Part shown: one piece after another, positions 26,771 through 38,141 of the stretch
How the letters are laid out: each line of letters starts with the position of its first letter
Position numbering within the stretch: position 1 is the stretch's first letter
Assembly (NCBI GenBank): GCA_032718475.1
Contig: JAUCBJ010006884.1
Span: 1 to 46,089, forward strand
Length of the DNA: 46,089 bases
Reading direction: 5' to 3'
Source: Nemertoderma westbladi
Lineage: Eukaryota; Animalia; Xenacoelomorpha
Made by a program: the position numbers and the translations under genes
Notes under the pieces: generated by a model
Database searches by the model: none
Seen by the model: the letters and a program-made list of their open reading frames with translations, nothing else
What the model was told of the DNA's origin: nothing

Positions 26771-29190
26771 GTAAGTCTGGTAAAATAGTCGCTCCATCTG
26801 GTAAGTCTGGAAGCAATAGTCGCTCCATCTGGTAAGTCTGGAGGCAATAGTCGCTCCATCTGGTAAGTTTGTGAGCAATAGTCGCTCCATCTGGTAAGTC
26901 TGGGTGCAATAGTCGCTCCACCTGGTAAGTCTGGAGGCAATAGTCGCTCCATCTGGTAAGTTTGGGAGCAATAGTCGCTCCATCTGGTAAGTCTGGGAGC
27001 AATAGTCGCTCCATCTGGTAAGTCTGGGAGCAATAGTCGCTCCATCTGGCAAGTCTGGGAGCAATAGTCGCTCCATCTGGCAAGTCTGGGAGCAATAGTC
27101 GCTCCATCTGGTAAGTCTGGGAGCAATAGTCGCTCCATCTGTTAAGTCTGGTGGCAATAGTCGCTCCATCTGTTAAATCTGGTAAAATAGTCGCTCCATC
27201 TGGTAAGTCTGGAAGCAATAGTCGCTCCATCTGGTAAGTCTGGGAGCAATAGTCGTTCCATCTGGTAAGTCTGGAAGCAATAGTCGCTCCACCTGGTAAG
27301 TCTGGAGGCAATAGTCGCTCCATCTGGTAAGTTTGGGAGCAATAGTCGCTCCATCTGGTAAGTCTGGGAGCAATAGTCGCTCCATCTGGTAAGTTTGGGA
27401 GCAATAGTCGCTCCATCTGGTAAGTCTGGGAGCAATAGTCGCTCCATCTGGTAAGTCTGGGAGCAATAGTCGCTCCATCTGGCAAGTCTGGGAGCAATAG
27501 TCGCTCCATCTGGTAAGTCTGGGAGCAATAGTCGCTCCATCTGGTAAGTTTGGGAGCAATAGTCGCTCCATCTGGTAAGTCTGGGAGCAATAGTCGCTCC
27601 ATCTGGCAAGTCTGGGAGCAATAGTCGCTCCATCTGGTAAGTCTGGAAGCAATAGTCGCTCCACCTGGTAAGTCTGGAGGCAATAGTCGTTCCATCTGGT
27701 AAGTCTGGGAGCAATAGTCGCTCCATCTGTTAAGTCTGGTGGCAATAGTCGCTCCATCTGTTAAATCTGGTAAAATAGTCGCTCCATCTGGTAAGTCTGG
27801 AAGCAATAGTCGCTCCATCTGGTAAGTCTGGGAGCAATAGTCGTTCCATCTGGTAAGTCTGGAAGCAATAGTCGCTCCACCTGGTAAGACTGGAGGCAAT
27901 AGTCGCTCCATCTGGTAAGTTTGGGAGCAATAGTCGCTCCATCTGGTAAGTCTGGGAGCAATAGTCGCTCCATCTGGTAAGTTTGGGAGCAATAGTCGCT
28001 CCATCTGGTAAGTCTGGGAGCAATAGTCGCTCCATCTGGTAAGTCTGGGAGCAATAGTCGCTCCATCTGGCAAGTCTGGGAGCAATAGTCGCTCCATCTG
28101 GTAAGTCTGGGAGCAATAGTCGCTCCATCTGGTAAGTTTGGGAGCAATATTCGCTCCATCTGGTAAGTCTGGGAGCAATAGTCGCTCCATCTGGCAAGTC
28201 TGGGAGCAATAGTCGCTCCATCTGGTAAGTCTGGAAGCAATAGTCGCTCCACCTGGTAAGTCTGGAGGCAATAGTCACTCCATCTGGTAAGTTTGGGAGC
28301 AATAGTCGCTCCATCTGGTAAGTCTGGGAGCAATAGTCGCTCCATCTGGTAAGTCTGGGAGCAATAGTCGCTCCATCTGGCAAGTCTGGGAGCAATAGTC
28401 GCTCCATCTGGTAAGTCTGGGAGCAATAGTCGCTCCATCTTGTAAGTCTGGAAGCAATAGTCGCTCCATCTCGAAAGTCTGCGAGCAATAGTCGCTCCAT
28501 CTGGCAAGTCTGGGAGCAATAGTCGCTCCATCTGGTAAGTCTGGGAGCAATAGTCGCTCCATCTGGTATGTCTGGGAGCAATAGTCGCTCCATCTGGTAA
28601 GTTTGGGAGCAATAGTCGCTCCATCTGGTAAGTCTGGGAGCAATAGTCGCTCCATCTGGCAAGTCTGGGAGCAATAGTCGCTCCATCTGGTAAGTCTGGG
28701 AGCAATAGTCGCTCCATCTTGTAAGTCTGGAAGCAATAGTCGCTCCATCTCGAAAGTCTGCGAGCAATAGTCGCTCCATCTGGTAAGTCTGGGAGCAATA
28801 GTCGCTCAATCTGGTAAGTCTGGGAGCAATAGTCGCTCCATCTTGTAAGTCTGGAAGCAATAGTCGCTCCATCTGGAAAGTCTGGGAGCAATAGTCGCTC
28901 CATCTGGTAAGTCTGGGAGCAATAGTCGCTCCATCTGGAAAGTCTGGGAGCAATAGTCGCTCCATCTGGAAAGTCTGGGAGCAATAGTCGCTCCATCTGG
29001 AAAGTCTGGGAGCAATAGTCGCTCCATCTGGAAAGTCTGGTAAAAATAGACGCTTCTACTGGTAAGTCTGATAACAACAGTTGTTACATCTGGTAAGTCT
29101 GGAAATAATAGACGCTCCATCTGGTAAGTCTGGTAAGAATAGTCGCTTCTACTGGTAAGTCTGATAATAACAGTTGGTACAACTGGTAAT
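26754..29190 (+). repeat. 31-bp minisatellite (~78 units) containing the exon-3 splice donor, filling most of clarin intron 3
   Basis: Unit GCTCCATCTGGTAAGTCTGGGAGCAATAGTC begins at the exon 3/intron 3 junction. It includes a 588-bp (19-unit) higher-order duplication and degenerate distal units. Confidence 0.97.
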
Positions 29191-29493
29191 GCTAATAATA
29201 TTTACACAGGATATATAATGTATCGGCCACACATATCACGATGTTTGCTGGCTACTAGTTTTAGCATTTGGAAATGTCTGCTACTGTAAATGTCGGCAAC
29301 TGATAATCACCAGAACTACTGTATGATTAATCATTAGTCACCATAAAATAATAATAATTGGTTAATATTTAGCAAAGTCAATGCTATATAGTATATAGTT
29401 ACAACAGGTGCACCGAACTGACGCCATAATAAGTAATGAGTAATGTATACCTACCGTTTATATCTCTATTTACATCCCTATACTATTTCACAG

Positions 29494-29648
29494 GAATCCA
29501 TGTCATCACAGTTATAATGCTGATGTTTGTCAGACAACACCATCATCCAAGCCAACGGAGTCAGATGTATCGTACAGATACTGCCCGTGCAAACGGTACA
29601 CCAGCGGGACCTACACCGAAAGACAATGCTGACGTAATGATATACTAG
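29494..29648 (+). CDS. CLRN: Clarin-family protein, exon 4 (last coding exon)
   Basis: Acceptor TATTTCACAG, phase 1. GIHVITVIML completes TM4 and the protein ends ADVMIY*, like the vertebrate clarin-1 ADLMY terminus. Spliced CDS is 256+180+144+155 = 735 nt = 244 aa plus stop. Confidence 0.85.
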
Positions 29649-29728
29649 ACCTCCAACACCTTACAGATAATGATGACGTCATGATATACTAGACCTCCAA
29701 CACCCAACAGATATTGATGACGTCATGA
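29613..29728 (+). repeat. ~44-bp tandem repeat (~2.6 copies) spanning the clarin stop codon
   Basis: ACACC..AGA(C/T)AATG(C/A)TGACGT(A/C)ATGATATACTAGACCTCCA is repeated. Confidence 0.9.
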
Positions 29729-29962
29729 AATAATAACTGAAAACCATTCTCTAAATTATCTTACGATGTACAGTAGGCATACCTCATACCTATAACTAAC
29801 TAGATATCTGTATACTCTGAAGAAGAGTTGCAGTATTAACATTTATAAAATAATATTGTGTATGTGTTTAACATCCATAAATTGTATAAATTATTAAGTA
29901 ATTAAACAGGACTAAGGATGATCCAACCAACTCTATAGCAAATGGAGCGAAAAAAATGAATT

Positions 29963-30034
29963 CGCCACCAGCGGGGATCGAACCCACGTCACCCGATAAA
30001 CGTTCAGGTATGCTAACCACTACACCACGGAGGC
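29963..30034 (-). pseudogene. tRNA-like sequence (SINE head or tRNA pseudogene)
   Basis: GCCTCCGTGGTGTAGTGGTTAGCATACCTGAACGTTTATCGGGTGACGTGGGTTCGATCCCCGCTGGTGGC has A and B boxes and a foldable cloverleaf, but the acceptor stem is mismatched and the anticodon loop lacks U33. Confidence 0.75.
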
Positions 30035-30066
30035 TCCTGCATCTTTCCGATTGATCCGATGATTTA

Positions 30067-31398
30067 GGCCCTGTTTCTCAAAACTCACTTAACTTAAATT
30101 GGGCACTTAAACTAAGTGTTTTGTTTCTAAGTGCCCCCTTAAATTTATTTGCAGTTTCTCAAAAGTTAAATGACCATTTAAAGTTTCACATTTAAGGGAG
30201 AACTTAAGTAACCCTGGGAGGTACCTTATCATGCCACAAGTCTTAAGTATATAAAAAAAAATACAGTTTGCATTGTGCCGGTAATGTTATGGCCTTTGTT
30301 TCAGTAAATAAAATAGGCATTGACGAAAATCGAGAGTGAACAATATAAAACTCAATTAAATCCCCTACAAGTCAGATCGTGGCGCACATTGACCGTAAGT
30401 GAAAATAGTGATCTTAAGCGCAAATTGACCGCAAATGAAATAATTTATAGTTTAATGTATTGGTTAGAAAACACCGTCACTGTAACCTGCTCCTTTCCCT
30501 TATTGTTTTCAATTAAATTAAATTAATTTTCAGACCCACTACGATTTATGTTGTGTTTGCGGTCATTTTGCGCCATTGAATTTTATTGAGTTCTACTGAA
30601 CCACTACAGGGCATTTTATATCGTCTGTAAAATATTGGGAAGATATCCGTAGATCCGTAAAAGCAAACAGTCGGCTGAAGCCGGAGGCGACCCGAAGGCT
30701 CCCCTTTCGATAGCTGCTACCCGAGGGTAAGGGTGGGCGCTACTCATATCCCAAGATTTGCTCCCAGTTATTTAACTGGTACTCATTTTATCGACCCCAG
30801 TGGATGAAAGGCTGAGTGGACCGTGGCGGGGCTGAACCTACAACCAATAGATTGCAGTCCCGGCGCTCAACCAACTGAGCTACCCCGCAGAACCGTATTC
30901 ATTTTCAATTTTTTTCTAGCTGTTTTTATGCAGATTTTGACATAATTAATGTTCTAGAACATCCCGTGGCAAAAATATATAGATTTTTGATGGTAGCTAT
31001 TATTCGTGGTCTATCTAGGTTAAATTATTTTATTATTTAATTATTATTATTATTATTATTTAAATTATGTATTATTATTTAAAGTCTTGGGTTTTGTTTT
31101 GTTCACAACCTTTGCTCAGACGTAATAAAAATAAATCAAATTGATCTTCCATTCACATATGATCATATTTAACTGATTGAACTGTTAGCTACCGTTAACT
31201 ACTGAATTAAACTTTCAGTTTAGGATAAATTTTACCTTAAATTATTAAAGTGGTCACTTAGTTAAGTGCTCGTTATCTTTTTATGAAAGACAACACTTAA
31301 CTTAAACTCAGTGGCCATTTAACAAAGTGGGCATTTAAAATTATTAAGTGGCCATTTTACAGTAGGATAAGTGGGCACTTTGTTTGAGAAACCGGGCC
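30067..31398. mobile_element. Non-autonomous PIF/Harbinger-like DNA transposon
   Basis: TIRs GGCCCTGTTTCTCAAA and TTTGAGAAACCGGGCC with TTA/TAA flanks, plus subterminal CACTTAA/TTAAGTG motifs at both ends. Confidence 0.75.
30660..30888 (-). mobile_element. tRNA-derived SINE (copy 2, unexpanded), inserted in the MITE
   Basis: The reverse complement aligns end to end with copy 1 but has a single 36-bp unit. Flanking near-direct repeats are AGATCCGTA (30651) and AGAACCGTA (30889). Confidence 0.9.
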
Positions 31399-31810
31399 TA
31401 ATTCATTAATTTGTAAATTCTAGAGTAGAAAATGTTTACAGTATGTTTAGATTCGGAACGTTTGCTAAATAATTCTGGAATGTTCTGGAATATTTTGTAA
31501 ATAATAGCTTAGCGATCAATATAGGCCTACTACAGTACGTACAGTACATGGACAATAGTAGAAAAGCTACTGGTTACACTAGTAAATCGAGATCTCTTGA
31601 ATCTAGGACTGTATGCAAAAGTTTGTACTTGAGTCCAACTAATAACTTTCAATTAAATTAGTGGTGGCATTTAAATATTAAATTCATGTCAGGGATGAAT
31701 TGACGGAAATCCCTTCTCGGAAATCTAAAAACTAATGTACAGTCTCTAAAAATTAATAACGTTAATAATCTATTATGTATATTAATGTAATTAATGGGTA
31801 ATGTATGTTT

Positions 31811-32102
31811 AGCAGCTTGGTTTAGTGGTGACATTCCTGGGCTTCAAATTAGGAACCACTGGTTCGATCCCTAGATGGGGGGCAGCACTATTTGGGGGCA
31901 GTGTTTTAAATGCTGCAGCCTAGCCCAACCCTGACTATGGTGGTGAACAGGCATTCCTTGACTTAACGAGCCGAAGAGAATCTCCCATTCATTATGGGTA
32001 ATGATGAAATGAGCAGGTTATACTGTGGTGGCACGTTATTCTTATCAAAACAAAAAACGACAGTCAATAGAAAACACCGGTTACAGATTAATTTTTGAGA
32101 GT
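31811..32102 (+). mobile_element. tRNA-derived SINE of a different family
   Basis: A box TGGTTTAGTGG and B box GGTTCGATCCC. The downstream part matches the repeat upstream of clarin. The 3' boundary is uncertain. Confidence 0.65.
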
Positions 32103-33919
32103 AATCAGTCTTCTACCGGGATCGATTCCAGAAACTCACGGGAGTTACTTGTGAATTTAGTTAGTCGGAATCCACCGCGTTTCAAGCACTCTACTGTTCC
32201 CTTGGCAACATCAATGGCTTCTTCCACCGATGGGAGGGACTTTAAATTGTCGTCCATATATATATCCCGTTTGGTGTTGTCTATAACCGCTTTAGAGAAG
32301 GCGTCTCGGTTGTCATCAGCAGTGGTACGCACTACTGAACAAGCGTTCGAGGGGCTCGAGATGATCCCGAAAGCCTGGATGGTCATCCAGTACTCCACCG
32401 GTTTTTGGTTGAGGTCTCCTTCAGGCCACCACAGAAATCGTAGGTTGTCTCGATCCCTATCCAGCGCCTTAACTTGTAAAAACTTGCCCTCTATATCCGA
32501 GGCGAAGGCGATCGAATATTGCCGTAATCTCAAGAGTATTCCCAACAAGGATTGGAGTAAGTTGGGTCCCGGCAACAACTCAGAGTTAAGGGATTGGCCC
32601 ATGTAAAGGGCGGAGCCGTCAAATACTACCCGGACTTCGTTGGGTTTACCGGGTTTGGGAACGTAATGATGTGTTAGATAATACGTTCTCTCAGTTATGG
32701 GTGTTTCTTCCGGTACTCGCTCCGCATATCCCTTATCGATGAATTTCTTCAGCTGGGTCCTATACATCTCTTTAGCTGAAGCATTGGCCGTAAGACGCTG
32801 ATGTAGTTGCGGGATTCTCTTCTCCGCCAAGGGTCGGTTATTTATAAAGTTGGGTTCTCGCCATCGGAATGGCAGACCAATCTCATACCTACCTTGATCT
32901 TTAAGAAAACGTGTAGTCGTTTCCTGGATCTGCTTGGCTCTTTCCTCCTCGACTGATAGTGCTTTGTCGTAGGAATTAGGCTCTACAGCTTCTTGAGTAA
33001 AGAATCGTACGGCATGTTCATCGCGAATGTTAGCGTTGTGTCGATCTATCACCTCATTTGGCTCGTCATTGTAGTCTAATTGTCCGCCATGATTGATGAG
33101 ATGGCACAGGTGCACTTGGTTTCTCCAAGCTTCACTTTCGGTGAGGAGGTCGATTGTATTTTCCTCGTCAAATAATTGGGTAATATCGTCGTTATCTGAG
33201 GAGTATGGTGTTCCCTCAGGTGTGATCTCTCCCTCACTGATTTCTTCTTCCCATTCACTCACCTGATGTATTTGTTCGGTAGGTAATCTTTCCATGAGTG
33301 TTCTACGGGAAGGTCCAGTGAAGTACCAACCTACTCTAGTTCTTCCCGCATGGTTGCAATGGTTGCGGTCGAGCAGGCCGTTTCTCTAATGTCTCAAGCG
33401 CCTCATGCGCATTTTGGCCGATCAATATTTGCACCCCTGGGTAGTCGGTGTTGAATCTAGGGATATTATGTTGCTGGGTAAAATCGTCTTCATCCCAGTT
33501 GTAAGGTTCTACTTGGCTGGTAGCAAAGTTCTTTATCGCCACCATTTTTACTGACCTTATGCTATGTTCTCCTAGTTCGTCCTGGGGAGTGGACAATGCG
33601 CCTACATAGTAGATACATAGTACATACATAGTAGATTTCCAAACCTGCATAATTCCTGAAAGGTTCAACTTAGTTCGGAACTTGGGTTGTCCAGCAAAGA
33701 TGTCTTCGGCTAGTTCTTTGTCGATGAATGTTCCTGTGCTGCCGGAGTCCAGGAGGGCGTTGACTATAAAACTCTTACCTGATCCATGGACTCTCAGCTG
33801 AACTACGGGGAATTCCCGGATTCCGACGTTGGAAGTTGGCGCTTTCCAAGATGGTTGTCGGTCAGGAATAGTCGGGTGCGCTTCATTATCAGTTTCAGTC
33901 TCATACGTAAGCGCTCGAT

Positions 33920-34038
33920 AGGGGCCGTCCAAGTATGACATCTGCACTTTTCCCCAAAATGTTGACCCCCTCCCTCCCCTAAATTAGATGTCATCAGATA
34001 GGCGTTGACCCCCCCCCCCCCCCCCCCAAAATCAGATT
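33920..34038 (+). mobile_element. Truncated MITE-like fragment with poly-C tracts interrupting the BEL polyprotein
   Basis: AGGGGCCGTCCAAGTATGACATC...TTGACCCCC(C)n is non-coding in character and breaks the frame between the zinc knuckles and the protease. Confidence 0.5.
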
Positions 34039-36304
34039 AAAATACACCGCGGTGTTTATCATATAACAGGATTCGTTTTCGTCTGAGAATTCGTCCGTGT
34101 AAAATCCTTCCATCTCAGAACTGTGGTCAGTGTCGTTCACATCACTGAATTGGACATGTAGTTCGGACTCACTTACCTGACTCGGGCTGGTTCTTTCAAA
34201 TTCGGTGTGCAGCAAGATATGATGTTTCGTGCCGCACTTAGCACACCTCGTGTCAGAGTAACAGGTTCGCCGTTGGTGTCCTTGTCTGAGACAATTATAA
34301 CACAACCGCTTATCCCACATGACATCGCGTCTATCCTTTAAGGATTTCTTTAAGAATCATCATACACACTTAAACGATGGGGCCCGTCGCACAATGCACA
34401 TTTTGGTTTGATGTTACTTACTTTACCTTGGGTAGTGTTGTGCACACTCGTTCTTTCCTCGGGCTTTCTTCCATGAATTCTCTTAGGAGACGTAGGAGGA
34501 GTTTTTGTTACCTGCTCTCTCCTGTCACTGGTTCGAGACTTAAATTTACTTACGTCTTTAGGTGCTTTGTTGACATAGTAAGATCTTTCGGTGTCTTTCC
34601 CGCTGTTCTCCTCTTGAGAGGTTTGGCTTTCGCCGTCATCTGTATAACACACTGGGGTGACCTTTCTCCTAGAAACGGGTTTTTCAATTACCTTATTTTC
34701 CGGTGTCTTCTCTCGGGACTGTTTTAGGAGCTGTAATCTTACTTCTCCATTTAAGAATGACATGAGATCAGCCATGGTAGGGTCTCTTTGTTGCTGGTCC
34801 ATCATATAGAGAACTCTTTTGTCCCAACGAGTACCTACTCCACCCTTTGGCAAAGTAGATGCTACGGCTCCAATAACCATGGAACTCTGATATTCATGAG
34901 ACTTACCTAGCCAATCTAACTGTCTACAAATCTCTTGGATCTCATCGGAAAATTCTATAATCCCGCTGCTAAGGAACTTTCGGGGCGCTACTAATTTCGC
35001 ATACAAATACCTAGCTATGTTTGTCCTATTACCATACCTGATGTTTAGTGTATCCCAAACTTGTCGCAATCCATCTGGATGTCCAATAAACTTTAACGCC
35101 ATTAACTTGGGAGGTCCTTCCAAGCACTCGATGAGGAATCTAAGTTTCTCTCCATTAGATAGTACAGAGTTCTGTATGTTATCTTTGTAATATTCATTAA
35201 AAGGTAACCATTTCATCTCATCTCCATTGAACTTGACGATCTCTCCCACCTTTACCGCTTGACGGGCTTCGGTTCTAGCCATTTGACGCGTAAAACTTTC
35301 TTGGGCCATCGTATTATTTAATATCGAGTTATCGGTATATAAATTTCTCGGATTATGATCAGGTCTATATGGAATATCATTATCAACAGGTTTATAATTA
35401 TCCTTGATAGGGTTTACTATAGGAGTTTCTACTTCACTAGCAGTATAGATGCGTGTAGGCTCCACACCTTGCGCATGAAATACTTCAGACCTAACAGGTT
35501 GACACATTGTTACAGGGGGTGGTGGTATACCCCTTTGTAGATTTACCAATTTATCGCGTTCTAAAGCGATACTCTGCTGCACTTCTTGCAACTCTAACCT
35601 ACCTTCTCTTACTGTTCCCTTTAACTGTTGAACAGTCCCCTCCAACTCCCGGACCTGTTGGGAGGAACGTTCCCGATGTTCCTCCATCTGCCCGAGCAGG
35701 AGATCCATCCCCCACCGTCCCTCATCCACCCACTCGACCGCCGAAGCGGGAGCCGCCAACATAGTAGCGGGTAGACGAGGGACGACGGGCGATAAATCGT
35801 TAATGTCTCGCTCGGCGTCCAGGACCGGAATTGACTCAGGAACTGTCCTACTGGGCACAGGTAGTTTAGTACTGTGCAAAGGGAATCGTTAGGTTCTGGA
35901 AGTACAGGGGTCTCCATCACAGACAGAGGGAGTGGCTTCGATAACAGGCCTAATTATTTCAGGCTCATCTACTATATTAGGGAGTCTTTCTACTCTAATA
36001 ATTTGGTCTGTGTGTTCTGTACTACATAAGTCTGCACTAGCTAGTTGCCTTCTCACAGCTGGGGGCAAATTAGGCAATTTCTGACGGTGGGGCGTTCTTC
36101 TACGTCTGCTGGAACGAGATCTATTTCCTCCGCCTTCAGGATCTGTTGTATCGCCTTCATCAGATGATGTAAATCCCTGTATCTTGGGAGTAGATCGACT
36201 TATCATCTGCATCTGACTAGCTGTTCTTTGTTTATTGAAGTAGTCTTGCTTCTCTTGAAGATTTTCCAACTCTAGTTGGGTTGTCTTTTCAGATGCTTTC
36301 CATT

Positions 36305-36560
36305 CTGCTTCTACCACTGCCTCTGCCGCTTTTCTTTCCGCTTCTGCCGCTGCCGCTTTTCTTTCTGCCTCTGCCGCTTTTCTTTCCGCTTCTGCCGCTG
36401 CCACTTTTCTTTCTGCCTCTGCCACTGCCGCTTTTCTTTCTGCCTCTGCCGCTGCAGCTCTTCCTTCAGCTTCTGCCTCTTTTCTTTCCGCTTCTGCCGC
36501 TGCCGCTGCAGCTGCCGCTGCCGCTTTTCTTTCAACTTCTGCCACTGCCGCTGCTGCTGC
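36305..36560 (-). repeat. In-frame 21/24-bp coding repeat (AAEAERK)n in BEL gag
   Basis: Repeated GC(A/G)GAAAGAAAAGCGGCA, translated as AAAEAERK in ORF 35889-36917. Confidence 0.9.
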
Positions 36561-37884
36561 CTTTCGGTCTTCTATACGTTTTTTCTTTAACTGCTCTTCT
36601 TGGACCCTAGCGATGCGGATGCTTTCATCAAATTTAGCCTGGTCCGCGGCTAACATTTCCGCATCTAATGAGTCCAACACAAACTTGGCTCCCTCACTAG
36701 TAGGGTGAAGTCCAGCTAGCCGTCTCCTCAACTCTTTGTCACCTATAAATCGTTGATAGTCCGACAGATAGATGTCAATAGCGTCCTTCTTCTGAGGTTT
36801 CTCTGATGTAACGTCGCTTTCCACCTGAGAAAAGGTAGCGTCTGTTGATTCTCCATGGATCGCGCGCTCAGTTAGCTGAATTTTCCATTGGGTTGTTCCT
36901 TGGACTTTAAGACTCACCCGTTAGAACCAAGTCTTTACAGCAACTTGCAACGACGTGTCTTTGCTTCTTTTCGAGGCTTCCTCAAAGGCTGAAAGGATTA
37001 GTCTGATTCTTAGGATTCGTTCTCGAACTTGATAAAGCAGCTCTCCCTGCTCTTGAGGTCCTTGGGGTTGTTGGAACAGTTGTTCCTCTAATCGCTCCAA
37101 AGAGCTGAAGAATCCATGTACATATCCTGCTGCTGACCTCTTCCACACAGCTGGATCTCTAGTGTCCTTTACCACTCCCATCCTGTATAAGTCCTCCCAG
37201 GCAGCTTCCGATAAGTTAAACGGGAGTCCGGGTCCGGGGAAGTTCCATTGCGTCTCGACAATGGACTTCAGTTCCTCCTTCGTGTATCCCGCATAACTGT
37301 CTTTGGTTGATTGCTTACTTCTCGCCCAATCGATTTGATGTTCCTCCACCGCAATCAATACTCTAGTGAGTACTGCTTCAGGAAGAATGAGAAGTGGATC
37401 CGAATAAACTGCTTCTGCCATCTTTGCTCCGCGCTCGGGTGTCAACTCTACAGTATCTGAACTACTGGAGCTATTGGGCCGCTGAGAAATAAGTTCTCGG
37501 TTCGGGTGTTGCTGCTGTTTAACAGCTGCCTCTTGGTCCCGCTTGACTTGAGCCCGAGTGCCTATGATAGACCTACGGTGCTTTACCAGCCTAGGATCTG
37601 ATACTACTACTGGAGGGATGACCTTTCTTACAGTAGGAGGGGACTTGGACTTTGGTCTCAAATGTTCGGCACTCCTGTCGGAGTCACAGACTGTTCTTTC
37701 TAGGAGACTATCTGACAGAGTTTGCTTTGTGTCAGCCATGTTTGATTGTACAGTTGAATGCCTACTACTATAAACGACAGTTAAAGCAAGTCTAGTAATT
37801 CAGTATCAACTGCAAGCCTAGTAAATAATTACCGATACCGTTACTCAATGTAACGCGATATATATATATATATAATATATTAGG

Positions 37885-38141
37885 ATACCGGTATACACTT
37901 ATAGTATATGTATAAGTATTATTACAGACTAGGATTGATTAGTCACAGAATACCGGTATATAATTTAAGCATAAATATATAGAAATATATATAATAAGCC
38001 TACCGTAAATACCGGTATACAGCATACACTTATAGTATATATAAGTATGATTATAGACTAGAATTAATTACAGAATACTGGTATATAATTTCAGCTTAAT
38101 TTATAGAAATAAATATAATAAGCCTACTATAAATACCGGTA
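37885..38141. repeat. ~124-bp tandem duplication in the BEL leader
   Basis: ATACCGGTATAC...ATAATAAGCCTAC..TAA occurs twice, followed by a third ATACCGGTA. Confidence 0.8.

Larger units (their letters stand above)
32103..37739 (-). mobile_element. BEL/Pao LTR retrotransposon gag-pol, decayed; RNase H, integrase and 3' LTR missing
   Basis: DUF1759-like gag (KFNGDEMKW..F...LSNGEKLRFL), Cys/His knuckles CALCDGPH, CYNCLRQGH..C and CAKCGTKHHILLH, protease ALLDSGS, and Pao RT (VRVVFDGSA, SLN..L.PGPNL, DIEGKFLQV, LRFLW, YMDD). Several stops and frameshifts. Confidence 0.93.

Noticed and set aside
26685-29120. Long minus-strand ORFs (528, 438, 411 aa and others)
   Set aside because: The same 31-aa periodic peptide appears in all three frames, an artefact of a stop-free 31-bp unit antisense to an intron.
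29963-30034. Functional tRNA gene
   Set aside because: The acceptor stem has a T-T mismatch and the anticodon loop (ACGTTTA) is non-canonical. The heads at 24093, 30888 and 31811 likewise continue into SINE bodies.
31880-32000. Twister or hammerhead ribozyme in the third SINE body
   Set aside because: A hairpin is present, but the conserved catalytic core motifs could not be fitted.
36276-36610. Cys/Phe- and Leu/Pro-rich plus-strand ORFs
   Set aside because: They are antisense shadows of the AAEAERK repeat in gag.
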